A stretch of 64,000 nt of DNA from the human T2T-CHM13v2.0 reference genome, Homo sapiens: NCBI RefSeq assembly GCF_009914755.1, contig NC_060931.1; one strand, given 5' to 3'. Shown piece after piece: positions 44,101 through 56,854 of the stretch (its first letter is position 1; every line of letters begins with the position of its first letter). The translations under genes and the position numbers were made by a program. The notes beneath the pieces were generated by a model. It was given only the letters and a program-made list of their open reading frames with translations, was not told the origin of the DNA and did not search any database.

Positions 44101-46185
44101 TTGTATTCCTTAGTTTTCTTGGATTGGGTTTTGACTTTTTCCTGAATCTCAATGATCTTCATTTATATCCATACTCTGAGTTTTATGTCTGTCATTTCAG
44201 CCTGGTTATGAACCATTGCTAGGAAACTAGTGTGGTGATTTGGAGGTAAGTGCACTCTGGCTTCTTCAGTTACTGGAGTTCTTGCAATGATCCTTTCTCA
44301 TTTGTGTTGGCTGATATTCCTTCAGTCTTTGAAGTTGCTGTCCTTTGGATGGGTTTTTTTTTCTTCTTTGATGCCCTTGGGATTTCGATTGTGATAAATG
44401 GTGGGTTCAGTCAACTGTCTCCATTTGAGGAAGATGTGTGCTCTAACTCTCAGGGGCTTGTATTGTGCCCTAGCTTTATTCTCCGGACCTTCAAGGTTAG
44501 AAATTCACTGCTCTGGAGGGTCCAAAGTGTTCCTGATCTGCTGGCCACAACACTATGATAAGACACGCTTGCCAAAGTGTTTTGTCAGGGTAGTGTCAGT
44601 GGAACCCATGTTTTCTCACACATACTAGCCACTGCATCAGTGTGGTGGGGTGCACACGTGTTTGCTGTGGCAGGGTACCAGTTGGAGTAGGGTGGTGGCT
44701 TTCCTATGTGCACTTACACTGGTGGCCACAGTGGTGTTGCAGGCGCAGGGCACTGGTGGGGTTGGGATGGTCAGTGACAGTGCACACTATCACATACAGC
44801 AAAAATTTCTAAGTGCCAGTTCTGATCTATAATGCCTTATGTCCTATAGTTATTAAAGAGTTAGATAATATAATACACCCCAAATAACTAGCACTCATTA
44901 GTAATAATGTTTAGTACTATTCCTATCATATTATTATTATGATTCTTTGCCCTCAGTTGGAAGAAGGAACTCCTCCCTTCAATCATTTGCTATGAAATTA
45001 TCTTAATGACTTTCTATTTTATATGCTGGCATTTCACCTCCACAGTGTCAATAAAAACCACAAGTGTCAGAAAGAAAAGGTTAAATGTAAAATCATCCTC
45101 TATGGCAGGGCCATGAAGGTGGACAAACAGATTAACTCATCTATCCTTTCATTATTTTTAAAGAAAAAAATTATTGAGCAAAATATATCTGAAGTGTTAC
45201 AAAACTGTTACTTAAGTACCTTATAATTTTTTACTTCATCTGAACAATTAAAATTCATAAATAAAATTATTAGTAAATAGACCTTGGCATTTCCCAGGGA
45301 ACATTTTCCATGTTTCAGGAAGGAGAGTATTTCCAATAAAGAATGGTAGGTCAGTGCCAAGGAAGGGTTATCAGAATAAACACAGAAGTACAGGCAAGGG
45401 TGGACAGGAGTGAGCACTGCTCTGGGATCCTGTGTTAGGAGGGTTACTATAGGCACAAGTTACAGAATAAAGAATATTGGCATCTATTGCTCAGGGCACA
45501 CTTGGGCTGACTTTAAAATTCCTGGAGTTCTTCCTATTTGTTTACTGTGGGGTATCCAGCATGGACCAGTAGTCCTCCCTCTTTGAAGAATGCCTTTGCT
45601 TTATGTCCCAGTTCCATCTTTGCCCTCTGTTCAGAAAGCTCTCTGGTCTCTCTCAGGCTCAGTAACTGCAAAGGTTTCCATATTCTTCTGCCAAGGCAGT
45701 CCATTTCTGAGGTCCGAAGTTTCTCTATTCAGAGTGGATGGACATTTTTGGTGGAGAGACATCCTTGCACCATGCTGCCTCTGAGACCTTGGCCTTGGCA
45801 ACCAAGATAATTGAGCTAAGGGAGCAGCCTAGCCTTCAGTGACATAACAATGACAGGGAAGTAGATTAGATGACTGTTACTTGTTTTATCTTTTAAAGTT
45901 AAAAAAAAACATAGTTTACCTGCTAATTTTATATCAACTGTGATGAGTGTGCATTTCATTTTGTCTTTTTCTTTTAAAAAAATGATGTGGTTTGGAAACA
46001 TGTAATTTATGTGAGACTGAATTTCTACATTCTACTTACAGTTTATATTTTAGTATAAGGTAAAGGTAACACACTAAACTTTTATTCCTGAATTTATTAA
46101 CTCTAGGGCTTAATAAGCTAATATTTTAATAACATTATTGATGTCTTATATCTAATTAATACCTTTAACTTTTGAAAAAAAAATC

Positions 46186-46440
46186 ACTCCAGTATGGGCA
46201 ACAAGTGACACTCTATCTCTACAAAAAAAAAAAAAAAAAAAGAAAGTTTAAAAAATTAAGTGGGCATGTTGGTGCATGTCTGGAGTCTTAGCTACTCAGA
46301 AGGCTAATGTGAGCGGATTGCTTAATTTTAGGAGTTCTAGGCTGCAGTCAGCTATGATCAGACCACCGCACTCCAGCCTGAGTGGCAAGAGTGAGTCCTT
46401 GTCTCCAAAAATAAAAAAGAAAAAAAAAGAAAAAAGAAAG
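46186..46440 (+). mobile_element. 5'-truncated AluJ with expanded central A tract and GA-rich tail
   Basis: gagttctaggctgcagtcagctatgatc J-type right arm. Confidence 0.85.
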
Positions 46441-49078
46441 ATTGAAGGAAGGAAGAAAAAATAGGAAAGAAAAAAATAAAGAAAGAAAGAGGAAGAAATC
46501 ATTTACATTGCCATTACCTAATGGATTATTTTCTGGTACTTGTATGAGTTAGCAAAATACATGAGCATCACATACCATGCTCAACTACTGTACGAAATTT
46601 TGTTTAATTCATCACCAAGACACCTGCAACAGCCTCCTAACTGGTTTTTCTATCTACAGTCTTGTTTGAAGCCCAGAAATAAGAGGTTGCCACAAGATTC
46701 AAAAATTGCTTAAAAGTTTCTTTTTTGTCCTTTTGGCACCACTCACGGGTATTTTGGAATGCTGAGTGTCCAAATATTCCTATTTTTGTCTGAATTCAAG
46801 TAAATCTATAGACAAGAAAAAAGTTTTCAAAAAAGAAAAAAGAAAGCATAATAAAGACAAGAATAAGGCATAAAATATAGTTTAAAAGAAATTTATGTTA
46901 GTGGCTAAAATATTTGACACTGAAAATATATGGAGAATTCTCAAGATATTTTTAGAAATCTAATTTTTGGAAATCAGAAAATAATTTTTGGTTATCTCTT
47001 TGGAGGGCTCAAATCCAGCCCTGGGAAAGGCAGGTGAGTGAATTGAGTTACAACTGAAGCAAGTGCCATACCTTACTCTTCTCGGTTAGCTATGTATATT
47101 TTCTGTGTGATAAACACTGGAGGCAACAGTATTTCAGGAGAAAAAAATGAAGCCAAAAGCTTACTTTCAAATATAGCTATGTTTCCTGAATAACTTGTCA
47201 AAAATCTTAAATTTGCTAAAGGCAGTGTCATGTCTAAGAGAATATGAAATGTTTCTCATTTGTATTAGGCCGTTCTAACATTTTTATAAAGAAATACCTG
47301 AGACTGGATAATTTATAAAGAAAATAGGTTTAATTCACTCACAGTTCTATAGGCTTCACAGGAATCATGATGCTGGCATCCATTCAGCTTCTGGGGAAGC
47401 ATCAGGAAGCTTATAATCATGGTGGAAGGAAAGGCAGAAGCAGGCAGTTCACATGGTGAAAACAGGAGCAAGAAAGGAAGAAGGGTAGGTGCCACACAAT
47501 TTTAAACAGCCATATCTCATGAGAACTCACTAACTATTGTGAAGACAGTGCCAAGCTATGAGGGATCTGCCTCCATGACCCAAACACTTCCTACCAGGCC
47601 CCACTTCCAACATTAGGGATTATATTTAAATATAAGATGTAAGCAGGGACAAATATACAAACAATATCATTGCAACCCTGACCCCCCTCCAAATATTATG
47701 TCCTTCTCACATTGCAAAATGCAACCATGTCTTCCCAATAGTCCCTCAATGCCTTAACTCATTTCAGCATTAACTTTAAACTCCAAAGTCTCATCTGAGA
47801 CAAGGCAAGTTCCTTCCATCTGTTAGCCTGTAAAATCAAAGGCAAGTTATTTACTTTCAAGATACAATGGAGGTATAGGCATTGAGTAAACATTGCCATT
47901 CCAAAAGGGAGAAATCAGCCAAAAGAAAGGGGCTACAAGCTCCACACAAGTTTGAAACATATCACTGTGGTATTAAATCTTAAGGCTCAAAAATAATCTC
48001 TTTTGCCTCATTATCCTCCATATCCAGGGCACACTGGTGCAAGGGGTGGGCTCCCAAAGTCTTGGGCATTTCAGCCCCATGGCTTTGCAGGGTACAGCCC
48101 AGAGCTTCTGTCATGGGCTGGAGTTGAGTACTTGTGGCTTTTCTAGGTACAGGGTGCAAACTCTTGCTAGATCTACTATTCTCAGGTTTTGAGGATTGTG
48201 GCACCCTTCTCACAGCTCCACTAGGTCATGCCTCACTGGGGACTTTATGTGGGGGTTCCAACCCCACTTTTATCCTTTGCATTGCCCTAGTACAGGTTCT
48301 CCATGAGGGCTCCACTCCTGCAGGAGACTTCTGCCTGAGTACTCAGGCTTTTTCATACACCTTTTGAAACTCAGGCATAGACTTCCAAGCATTTATCACT
48401 CTTGCATTCTGTGCACCTACAGGCTTAACACCACATGGAAACTGTCAAGGCTTATGGCTTGCATTCTCCAAATTGGCAGCTCAGGCTCTACCAGAACCTC
48501 TTTGAGCCCTGGCTGAAGATGGAGCTGGAGCTGAAAACTGTCAGGATGCGAGGAGCAGTGTCCCAAGACTGCACAGGGAAGTTGAGGCCTGGATCTGGCT
48601 CATGAAACCATTCTTCCCTCCTTGGCCTCTGGGCCTGTTGTAGAAGGGGCTGACATAAAGGTCTCTAAAATGGCTTTGAGGTCTTTTCCTCATCTTCTTG
48701 GATATTAGCACTTGGCTCCCTTTTAGTTATGCAAATATTTCTAGCAAGTGTTTGCTCCACAGCCTGCTTGAATTCCTTGCTTGAAAAAGCTTTTGCTTTC
48801 TCTGCCATATGGCCATCCTGCACATTATCCACAAACTTTTATGCTCTGCTTCCTCTTCAAATATGGGTTTTCACTTTAAGTCTTTTCTTCACTCCTACAT
48901 CTGAATATAGGTTGTTAGAAGCAGCCAGATCACTTCTTGAATGTTTTGCTGCTTAGAAATTTCTATTTCACCAGATACCCTAAATACTCTCAAATTCAAA
49001 CTTCCACAGATCTTGCGGGCATGAATAGAATTCAGCCAAGCTCTTTGCTAAGACATAACACTTGTGACCTTTGCTCCA

Positions 49079-49442
49079 TGATATGGTTTGGCTGTGTCCC
49101 CACCCAAATCTCATCTTGAATTGTGATCCCAATAATCCCCAAGTGTCCAGGGAGGACCTGGTGGCAGGTTATTGGGTCATGGCGGCAGGTTCCTCCATGT
49201 GGTTCTTGTGATAGTGAGTGAGTTCTCATGAGATCTGATGATTTGGTAAGGCAGTTTTCCCTGCTATTACATGTTCTCTCTTGTCTGCCGCTATGTAAGA
49301 CTGGCCTGCTTCCCCTTCTGCCATGACTGTAAGTTTCCTGAGGCCTCTCAAGCAATGCAGCACTGTGAGTCGATTAAACCTCTTTTCTTTAAAAATTACC
49401 TAGTCTCTGGTATGTCTGGCAGTGTGAAAATGGACTAATACA
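49079..49442 (+). mobile_element. THE1C/D solo LTR nested in MST-int
   Basis: tgatatggtttggctgtgtcccc..ggactaataca; perfect 5-bp TSD CTCCA (49074-49078 / 49443-49447). Confidence 0.92.
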
Positions 49443-49720
49443 CTCCAGTTCCCAAGAAGTTTCTCATTTCCATCTGAGACTTTGGCAGCCTGGACTTCAC
49501 TGTCCATATCATTATCAGCATTTTGGTCACAGCCATGTAATCAGTCTCTAAGAAGTTCCAAATCTTATCTTCCTGACTCCTTCTGAGCCCTCCAAACCCT
49601 GCCTGTCACAGAGTTCCAAAGTTGCTTCCACATTTTCAGGTATCTTTATAGTAATACACCACCCCTGGTACCAATTTTCTGTATTAGGCTGTTCTTGCCT
49701 TGCTATAAAGAAATACACCA

Positions 49721-50032
<312 letters not shown>

Positions 50033-53000
50033 GAAATACACCAGATTAGATAATTGGTTAAGAAAAGAGGTTTAATTGCTCACAGTTCTACAGGTATTAC
50101 AAGCAGCATGATGCTCAAGAAGCTTATAATCATAGCAGAAAGTAAAGCACGAGCAGGCATTTCACATGGCAAAACCAGGAGCAAGAGAGAGAGATAGACT
50201 GGGGTGAGGAGGTGCTACACACTTTTAAATGACCAGATCTTGCAATAACTCACTCACTATCTTGAAGACAGCACCAAACTATGAGGGATCCACCCTCATG
50301 ACCAAAGCACCACCCACCAGGCTCCATCTCCAACACTGGGCAATATTGGGAATTATATTTCAACATGAGATTTGGGCAGGGACAGATATACAGACAGTAT
50401 CACCATTTAATTGTGAACTTGTCATTGGTCAGGCTTGAGTTTCCATTGACTTTACTTTGAAATCACCTTCACTTCTCTTATTCCTTGAAATGGAGTCCCA
50501 CAAATTTTCTTCCTATGATATCAAGGAAGTTTGTCTGCTAAGAGGTTGGCAGAGTTGGAGCTCTGGAATGCAGAACTGGAGGTGAATGCCCTCTTGCCTC
50601 TGGCAGGACTCAAGAAGTACCTGCGGTTTCCCACTCTACCCCTTTTTTCAATCTCTTTGCTGCTTATAAACCAGGCTTCAAACCTATGGAAGTAGTGATT
50701 GACTTTTTAGGGCCCATCATGTTTTTCCTGACACAAGAATTTACCTACCATAAAATATTTTTTTTTCCTGTGAAAAGTCAATGACTTGTAATTTGGTTAG
50801 CAAACAGAAACTATCCATTTAATAAATGCAATGTTTTTTTGCATGTGTCTTGCACAAAATTTCTTAACCACACATCAACATCCTTTTACATAAAACCAGG
50901 TATCCCATGCTTAAGAAAATTACTCTGAATCCAAAAACTACTAATTATTGGGTCAGTCTTTATTCAAGTAAATATAATAAATTAATCAATTTATTTGTTC
51001 ATGTAGTCAAAAAAAATCTGAGTACTAAAGATGTGCCAGACACTGACAGCTGACTGGGAAGCTCATGGCATTCAGGGACATATAGAGAGGTTAATAAATA
51101 ATTATAGTATCTTGTGAAGTTATACGAAAGAGGCATCTACAGTGTTGCAAACAAGAGTGAGGAATTCACTCTACTTGAAGATATATGTCCCCATCCTCTC
51201 AACAAAAAGCAGATGAACAATGTTTTGAACACTTCTAAATATTCATTTGTTGGATAAGGCTAGGAGACATAGTCCACTGGGGAGAAAAGACTAAAAAAGA
51301 TGATATAAAATAGCCTGGCAATTTTATACTCTTAAAATAGATTAATATAACAGAAGTATTATATGCTTATTGTAGATTTGTGGTTAAAAGTTATAAAAAT
51401 CTGACTTAAGTGGTATTTAAAAAAAAAAAAAGAAAAAAATTTGCTCAAGAGCCTGGGAGTAAATCCTTCAGGTGTGACTAATCTAGATCCATTTAAAAAT
51501 TAACATAGGGGATCTAAAATTACATATTTTAATTTATTGAATATATTTACTTCTGTGATATTACATACATGTCTTGATAATGTCTTATGCAACTAATCCA
51601 CTTTCTGCATTATTTTTCTAACTTAAATTTATCTTATATTAATTTTAAATAATCATAATAATATATGTGACATACACATAGTCAGATGTATACATGTTTT
51701 GCTTATACTCTCAGATGCAGATAACTGAATTCACTGAGAATATTGACCATGTAAAGCATTTACTTGCATAAGGGCTGAGTTCAATGTTAGCTGTAATGCT
51801 TAAATAATGATTGGAATTCATTATTTTTCAACTGTTAAGACATTAAATTATTTGAAGTTTCATTATGCATCATCATGCCTGTCACCATTCTTGCTTAATG
51901 AATAATGTTTTTATCTGCTGATCTCACAACCAATACATAACAAATCAAACAGAGGAACACTTCTTTAAATGATTTTGCCTCAGAAAATTCACCAGGCTCA
52001 ATTTTATATTTGGTTAGAATAAAACATTCATTCCTTTCTAAAAATTTCTTGGTGTAGAAAACAGCTGACTTCTATTATAGCTTAGCTTAAATTTCTCAGC
52101 CAAAAAAAAAAAAAAAAAAAAAAAGACAAGAAACAAGGAAATAATTCCTTTAGCTGCAAGTAATTTTGGTCATGTCTACACAAATCCAAATTAACCAATT
52201 GGAAAGGTAAAAATTCAGTCATGTTGTTTTGTCCTTAGCATGGCAACAACATACACTTTTTAACCTAAAATAATTATATATTTAGTTTTGCTTTGATGTC
52301 TAAAGTTTCTTATTCATGTTATGTGAGATCTACAAAGAATAACAATAAATGGTTCAAAATCTGTATAATGCTCAGAGACTGATTTTTATGAACTTTTATT
52401 TTATATTTATCATGCTGTGACTCAAATACTACACACTATGTTAATTTTTTTCAGGGGTCCAATTGCTAGTTTCCTGTTTTTATTAATAAGTCTGATGATA
52501 TATGTACACATCAAAATGCATTTTACTTTTTAATCTACATCTTCAGAGAAGAATTCATATTCTGCCACCTTCTTTCTTAGAAGAGAACAAACCTGGGCCA
52601 AGTGACACATTATATTGCTCTTCAACTAGAGCCAAGTTTCTGTCTTTAATACATTTTCTGTGACATGTAATTTATATTTTAAAGTATTCTAGATTTTTTC
52701 CTATAGAAACCAACTGCCAGTTGCTTCCAGCCTCTATTTTTTAATTCATCCAAAATTCATAGAGTAAAAAATGTTTTTTTCTGCTATAGGTTTCATTTAA
52801 AAGAAATTATAAATAAGGTTAGGGAATGAAATTCCATTCCCTTGCATGAACACTACAATGCAATGTGTAAATAAGTAACTTTTAAAGATAATCAAATCTA
52901 GAAGCTTAGAATTGAAATTGAAGGATATTTAGTCCAACCTCTTACACAATTCAAGAATCCTTTCTACAACATCCCTGGCAAACAATCGTATTATAATTTC

Positions 53001-53880
53001 CCAATTAAGACCTTAAAAAGCTGTTTCATATACAAAATGAGTTTGGTCCCACAACTTTCAATGTGTCATTAACAGACTATTATGGTTGTCAAACATTGTA
53101 TATTGAGGAATGCATGGTGGACAAAGGAAGGGAGGGGAAAAAAGAACTGAAACTGAAACTCCTGTCCTGACTCCCCTCCATGTTCTCCATAGACTAGCCA
53201 ACTGATACTCTTGAATGATCCAGAACAAATCCACAATGCCCCATCCAGCCTGCCTAGAGAAGGCAGAATCTTGGTCCAAGGAACAGAACAAGGGCATGTC
53301 TTGGCCATTAGTTAACCCTTCTCTTGGAAAAAAAAATTAGATTACTTAAAATATATGTGTAGAATTACAAGTAGGTCTCACATTTTCCTAGAAAACAGTC
53401 TCAATGGACAGCACACTCATAAAGAAATTCCTTCTCTGGATATTGTTTTGGTACCATCTAAAGTTTTCAAGCTGTCTTTGAGCAAAGCTCTTCAACAATT
53501 CCATTTTATTGCCTAAGGCAAGGGGAGTTCCTATATATTTTGTATCCACTCTCTTACCTATCAATTTAATTCAGTTTTTTTACATTATATTATGTGATAC
53601 AATTTAAAATTTTAATCTGATGATTCTTACTCTGTTCATGTCTCCTAGCACATCTTTTCATTTCCATTTATGTGTGTGCAAAAAATTTATGAATCCAAGA
53701 AATGTTATGAAGTGTCTGTTTTGAGTATTTTGTGTAAGGTAATGGAAGTACAATCTAATAAAACTTAAATTTAATATCAGTTGATACAAAATATTTTGGA
53801 AGAAAAAAATCTACTATCCAAAAATAACACAATTCACTTCAAAGTTTAAAAGTATGCTACATTTGTCATAGTTTTGTGTG

Positions 53881-55540
53881 CATTCATTCATTCAATCATT
53901 CTACAAATATTTATTGTGTACCCAATATGTTTTAAACAGTTTTAGGTTATGTTGATACAGGTGTGAACAAAAGAGATGAAACTCAGACTTACATTATTGT
54001 TTTGAGAGAGACCGACAAGCAAGTCAAATTTTAAAATGTATACTATGTTAGATGGTGATGCCTGCTAAGTAAGGAAATAAAGTAGAGAGATAGGATAGGG
54101 GACTTGTGGAGATGAAATTTTAAATAGAACATCCAGGGAAGGTGACATTGAAAGTGTGGCACTTCAGTAAAGACCTGAACAAGATGAGAAAGGAAGCCAT
54201 GTGAATACCCAGGAGCAGAGTATTCCAGACAAAGGAAGAAGCAAATGTGTCTGCTTTTGCAGAAGCATACGTAGAGTATCCGAGGAAAATCCAGGAGGTC
54301 AGTGTAAGCTACTGAGCTGAGAGAGAGGTTAAGAAGGCCAGGGTAGCCTAATTTTAGGATCTTTCAGTCATAATAAGAACTTTTTCTATTACACTAAGAA
54401 AGATGGAAAGCCATTAGTAAGTTCTGAATGGAGAAGCAACATAGTTTTCCTCTTACTTTAACAAGATCTCTTGCATTTTGGAAAATAAGGGCACAAGAAC
54501 AGGAGCAGAAAGACCATTTTGGAGGTTATCATGTGATGATCCAGCTAAAAGATAATGACTGCTGGGGATCCTATAAATAGCACTGGATGTGTTTAGAAGA
54601 GAAAATCTAATCGAATTTGCTGATGAAGTGAATGTGAAATACGAGAGTATAAAATTTGACTCCAAGCTTTTTTGGCTTTATCAACTGGAAGGATGGAGTG
54701 GCCATTAATTGAGACTGGGAAAACTATAGAGGGGCAAGTTCAGACATTAAAGGTTGAGTTTCCCATTAGAAGCCCGGAGAGATTTAGATGAGGCAATAGA
54801 TTATATAAGTCTGGCATTTAAGGGAGAGTTTCAGACATGATTAATACATTTGGGCATCACTGGTATATAGAAAGGGTTTAAATAAATGAACTAGATGAAC
54901 TCATAAAAGCAAAAGGTATAGAGAGAAGAGAAGAGGTTCAAGGGCTGAGTCTGGGTCATTCCACTCTTTAGTGGTCAGAGAAAGGAGGAGAAGCTAGCAA
55001 AAGAAACTAGGTATTAGTAAAACTCCTATAAGCTAAAAGACAAGTTTCTTAGGGCCTAAAGCAAGCTTGTCCAACCCACAGCCTGTGGGCCGCATGCAGC
55101 GCAGGACGGCTTTGAATGCAGCACTAGACAAATTTGTAAACTTTCTTAAAACATCATGGGAATTTCTGTGATTGTTTTTTAGCTCATCAGCTATTGTTAG
55201 TGTATTTTACCTGTGGCCCAAGATAATTATTCTTCTTCCAGTGAGGCCCAGGGAAGCAAAAAGATTGGACACCCCTGGTGTAAAAGATCAGCTGTGTTGA
55301 AAGCAGCGGGTAGGTCAATCATGTTGAAGACAGTGGATTTAACTATGGAGAGGTCATTAGGGCCTTGACAGAAGTAGTTTTAGTGGAATGGTAGAGATGA
55401 AAGCCAGTTTATTAGAATGATTCAAGAGAGAATAAAAGGAGAAACTTTGAGATTTTGTGAATTTTATTTAAGATTATGAGATTTGACATTATGAATCTGA
55501 GATTGTGAGTAGCAAAACTTCTTGGGAAGTTTGGTTGTAA
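53881..55540 (-). mobile_element. L2 LINE, interrupted by MER30
   Basis: (CATT)n 3' end then caaatatttattg..; typical antisense L2 body. Confidence 0.8.
55062..55277 (-). mobile_element. MER30 (hAT-Charlie MITE)
   Basis: Termini caagcttgtccaac / attggacacccctg; internal consensus match. Confidence 0.9.
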
Positions 55541-56212
55541 GGGACAAAAAAAGGAAAATGAGGAATAGCACGTTTTCATTTTCTTTGCCTTTTGTAAGAT
55601 GGGGAAAATAAGACGGATGTTCCTCTATTTGTGGGCATTTGAGAGTTCATGAACCAAAAGAAAAAAGAAAAAAAAGGCAATCTGTTTAAGAATCTGTATT
55701 CCAAAGAGAAATAAAAGATAGTAAGATCTTTGAAAGCCAATTTTCAGGCAAAGGAAGCATTACTACTGGAGGGGGGTAACAGTTTGTGTAATTGCAAGAG
55801 CAGTGGTTTAAAGTTTATAAACACAATCTGACCTTTGGCCTTTTTTCAAACATGCAAATAAATATTTCTCCTCGGCAAAATGAGTACTATTTTTAAACAC
55901 GTTAAGCTTCTTCCTTTGTTTTTTTCAAACATGCTAAGCTTCTTCCTTTGTTCACAAAATATTAGAAGCAGAGTCCAAATCTTTGAATGAATTTTAAGAG
56001 ACAAAAAGGTTGAGACTAGAAGCAGTGTTTTTTAAGTGCCCAAGAATTCCTAAAGATGGGAAATTCCCTCATTTTTATTTATTTACATTTTGTGTGAGTC
56101 ATACCAGGGAAAATGCTAGTCAAATATCACTTCAATAGATGTTTTTATTTTACAGAAGCTTAAAAACCCTAAAAGTGTAATTTGTTTTCAGCATATTTTT
56201 GAAATTAAATTT

Positions 56213-56458
56213 AAAATGCTTTATTGCTGAAAAAGGCTAACAGTCATCTGAGCCTTTGGCGAGCTATAATCTTTTCGCTGGTGAAGTGTCTTGCCTTGAT
56301 GTTGATGGCTGCTGACTGATCAGGGTGGTGGTTGCTGAAGATTGGGGTGGCTGTTGCAATTACATAAAAGAAGACAAGAATGAAGTTTGCCACATCAATT
56401 AACTCTTCTTTTCACAAAAGATTTATCTTTAGCACGTAATGCTGTTTGATAGCATTTT
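56213..56458 (-). mobile_element. Tigger1 internal fragment
   Basis: cttgccttgatgttgatggctgctgactgatcagggtggtggttgctgaag..atgctgtttgatagcatttt. Confidence 0.85.
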
Positions 56459-56812
56459 TTAAATAAAATAAAATTGAACAATCTTAAGGTATTCTCATGG
56501 AATTAGAAGTCCAGGGACTTTCAATAACAAGTGAAGAAGAAAAAAGTGGTAATTAGCTAATACTGTTTAGAGTTGTTATTAATTCTAGTGCCAAAAAAAA
56601 AATGTTAACTAGAATTGTTTTCACTGTGCCCATACCTGGGAATTCAAACACACCATCAACTGTCAGGGAAAGTAGAACAACTTAATGTTATAGATAAAAC
56701 AATAACTCTTTTAAAATTTTTTAAAATTTTGATGTCTCAAACTATTGGCAATAGTAAAATAATTAGATGTCACAACACACTTTTTGTTTAGAATTCTTTG
56801 GTCTTGTTTTCC

Positions 56813-56814
<2 letters not shown>

Positions 56815-56852
<38 letters not shown>
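56815..56852. repeat. (AC)19 perfect microsatellite
   Basis: Counted directly. Confidence 0.97.

Positions 56853-56854
<2 letters not shown>

Larger units (their letters stand above)
36057..44787 (-). mobile_element. Near-full-length degenerate L1 (L1PA15/16-like), interrupted by a THE1D provirus
   Basis: 3'UTR at 36057-36568; ORF2 remnants (42319-42816 GDFN endonuclease end; 41166-41423 RT region; 40176-40403); ORF1/5' region about 43250-44787. Confidence 0.9.
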
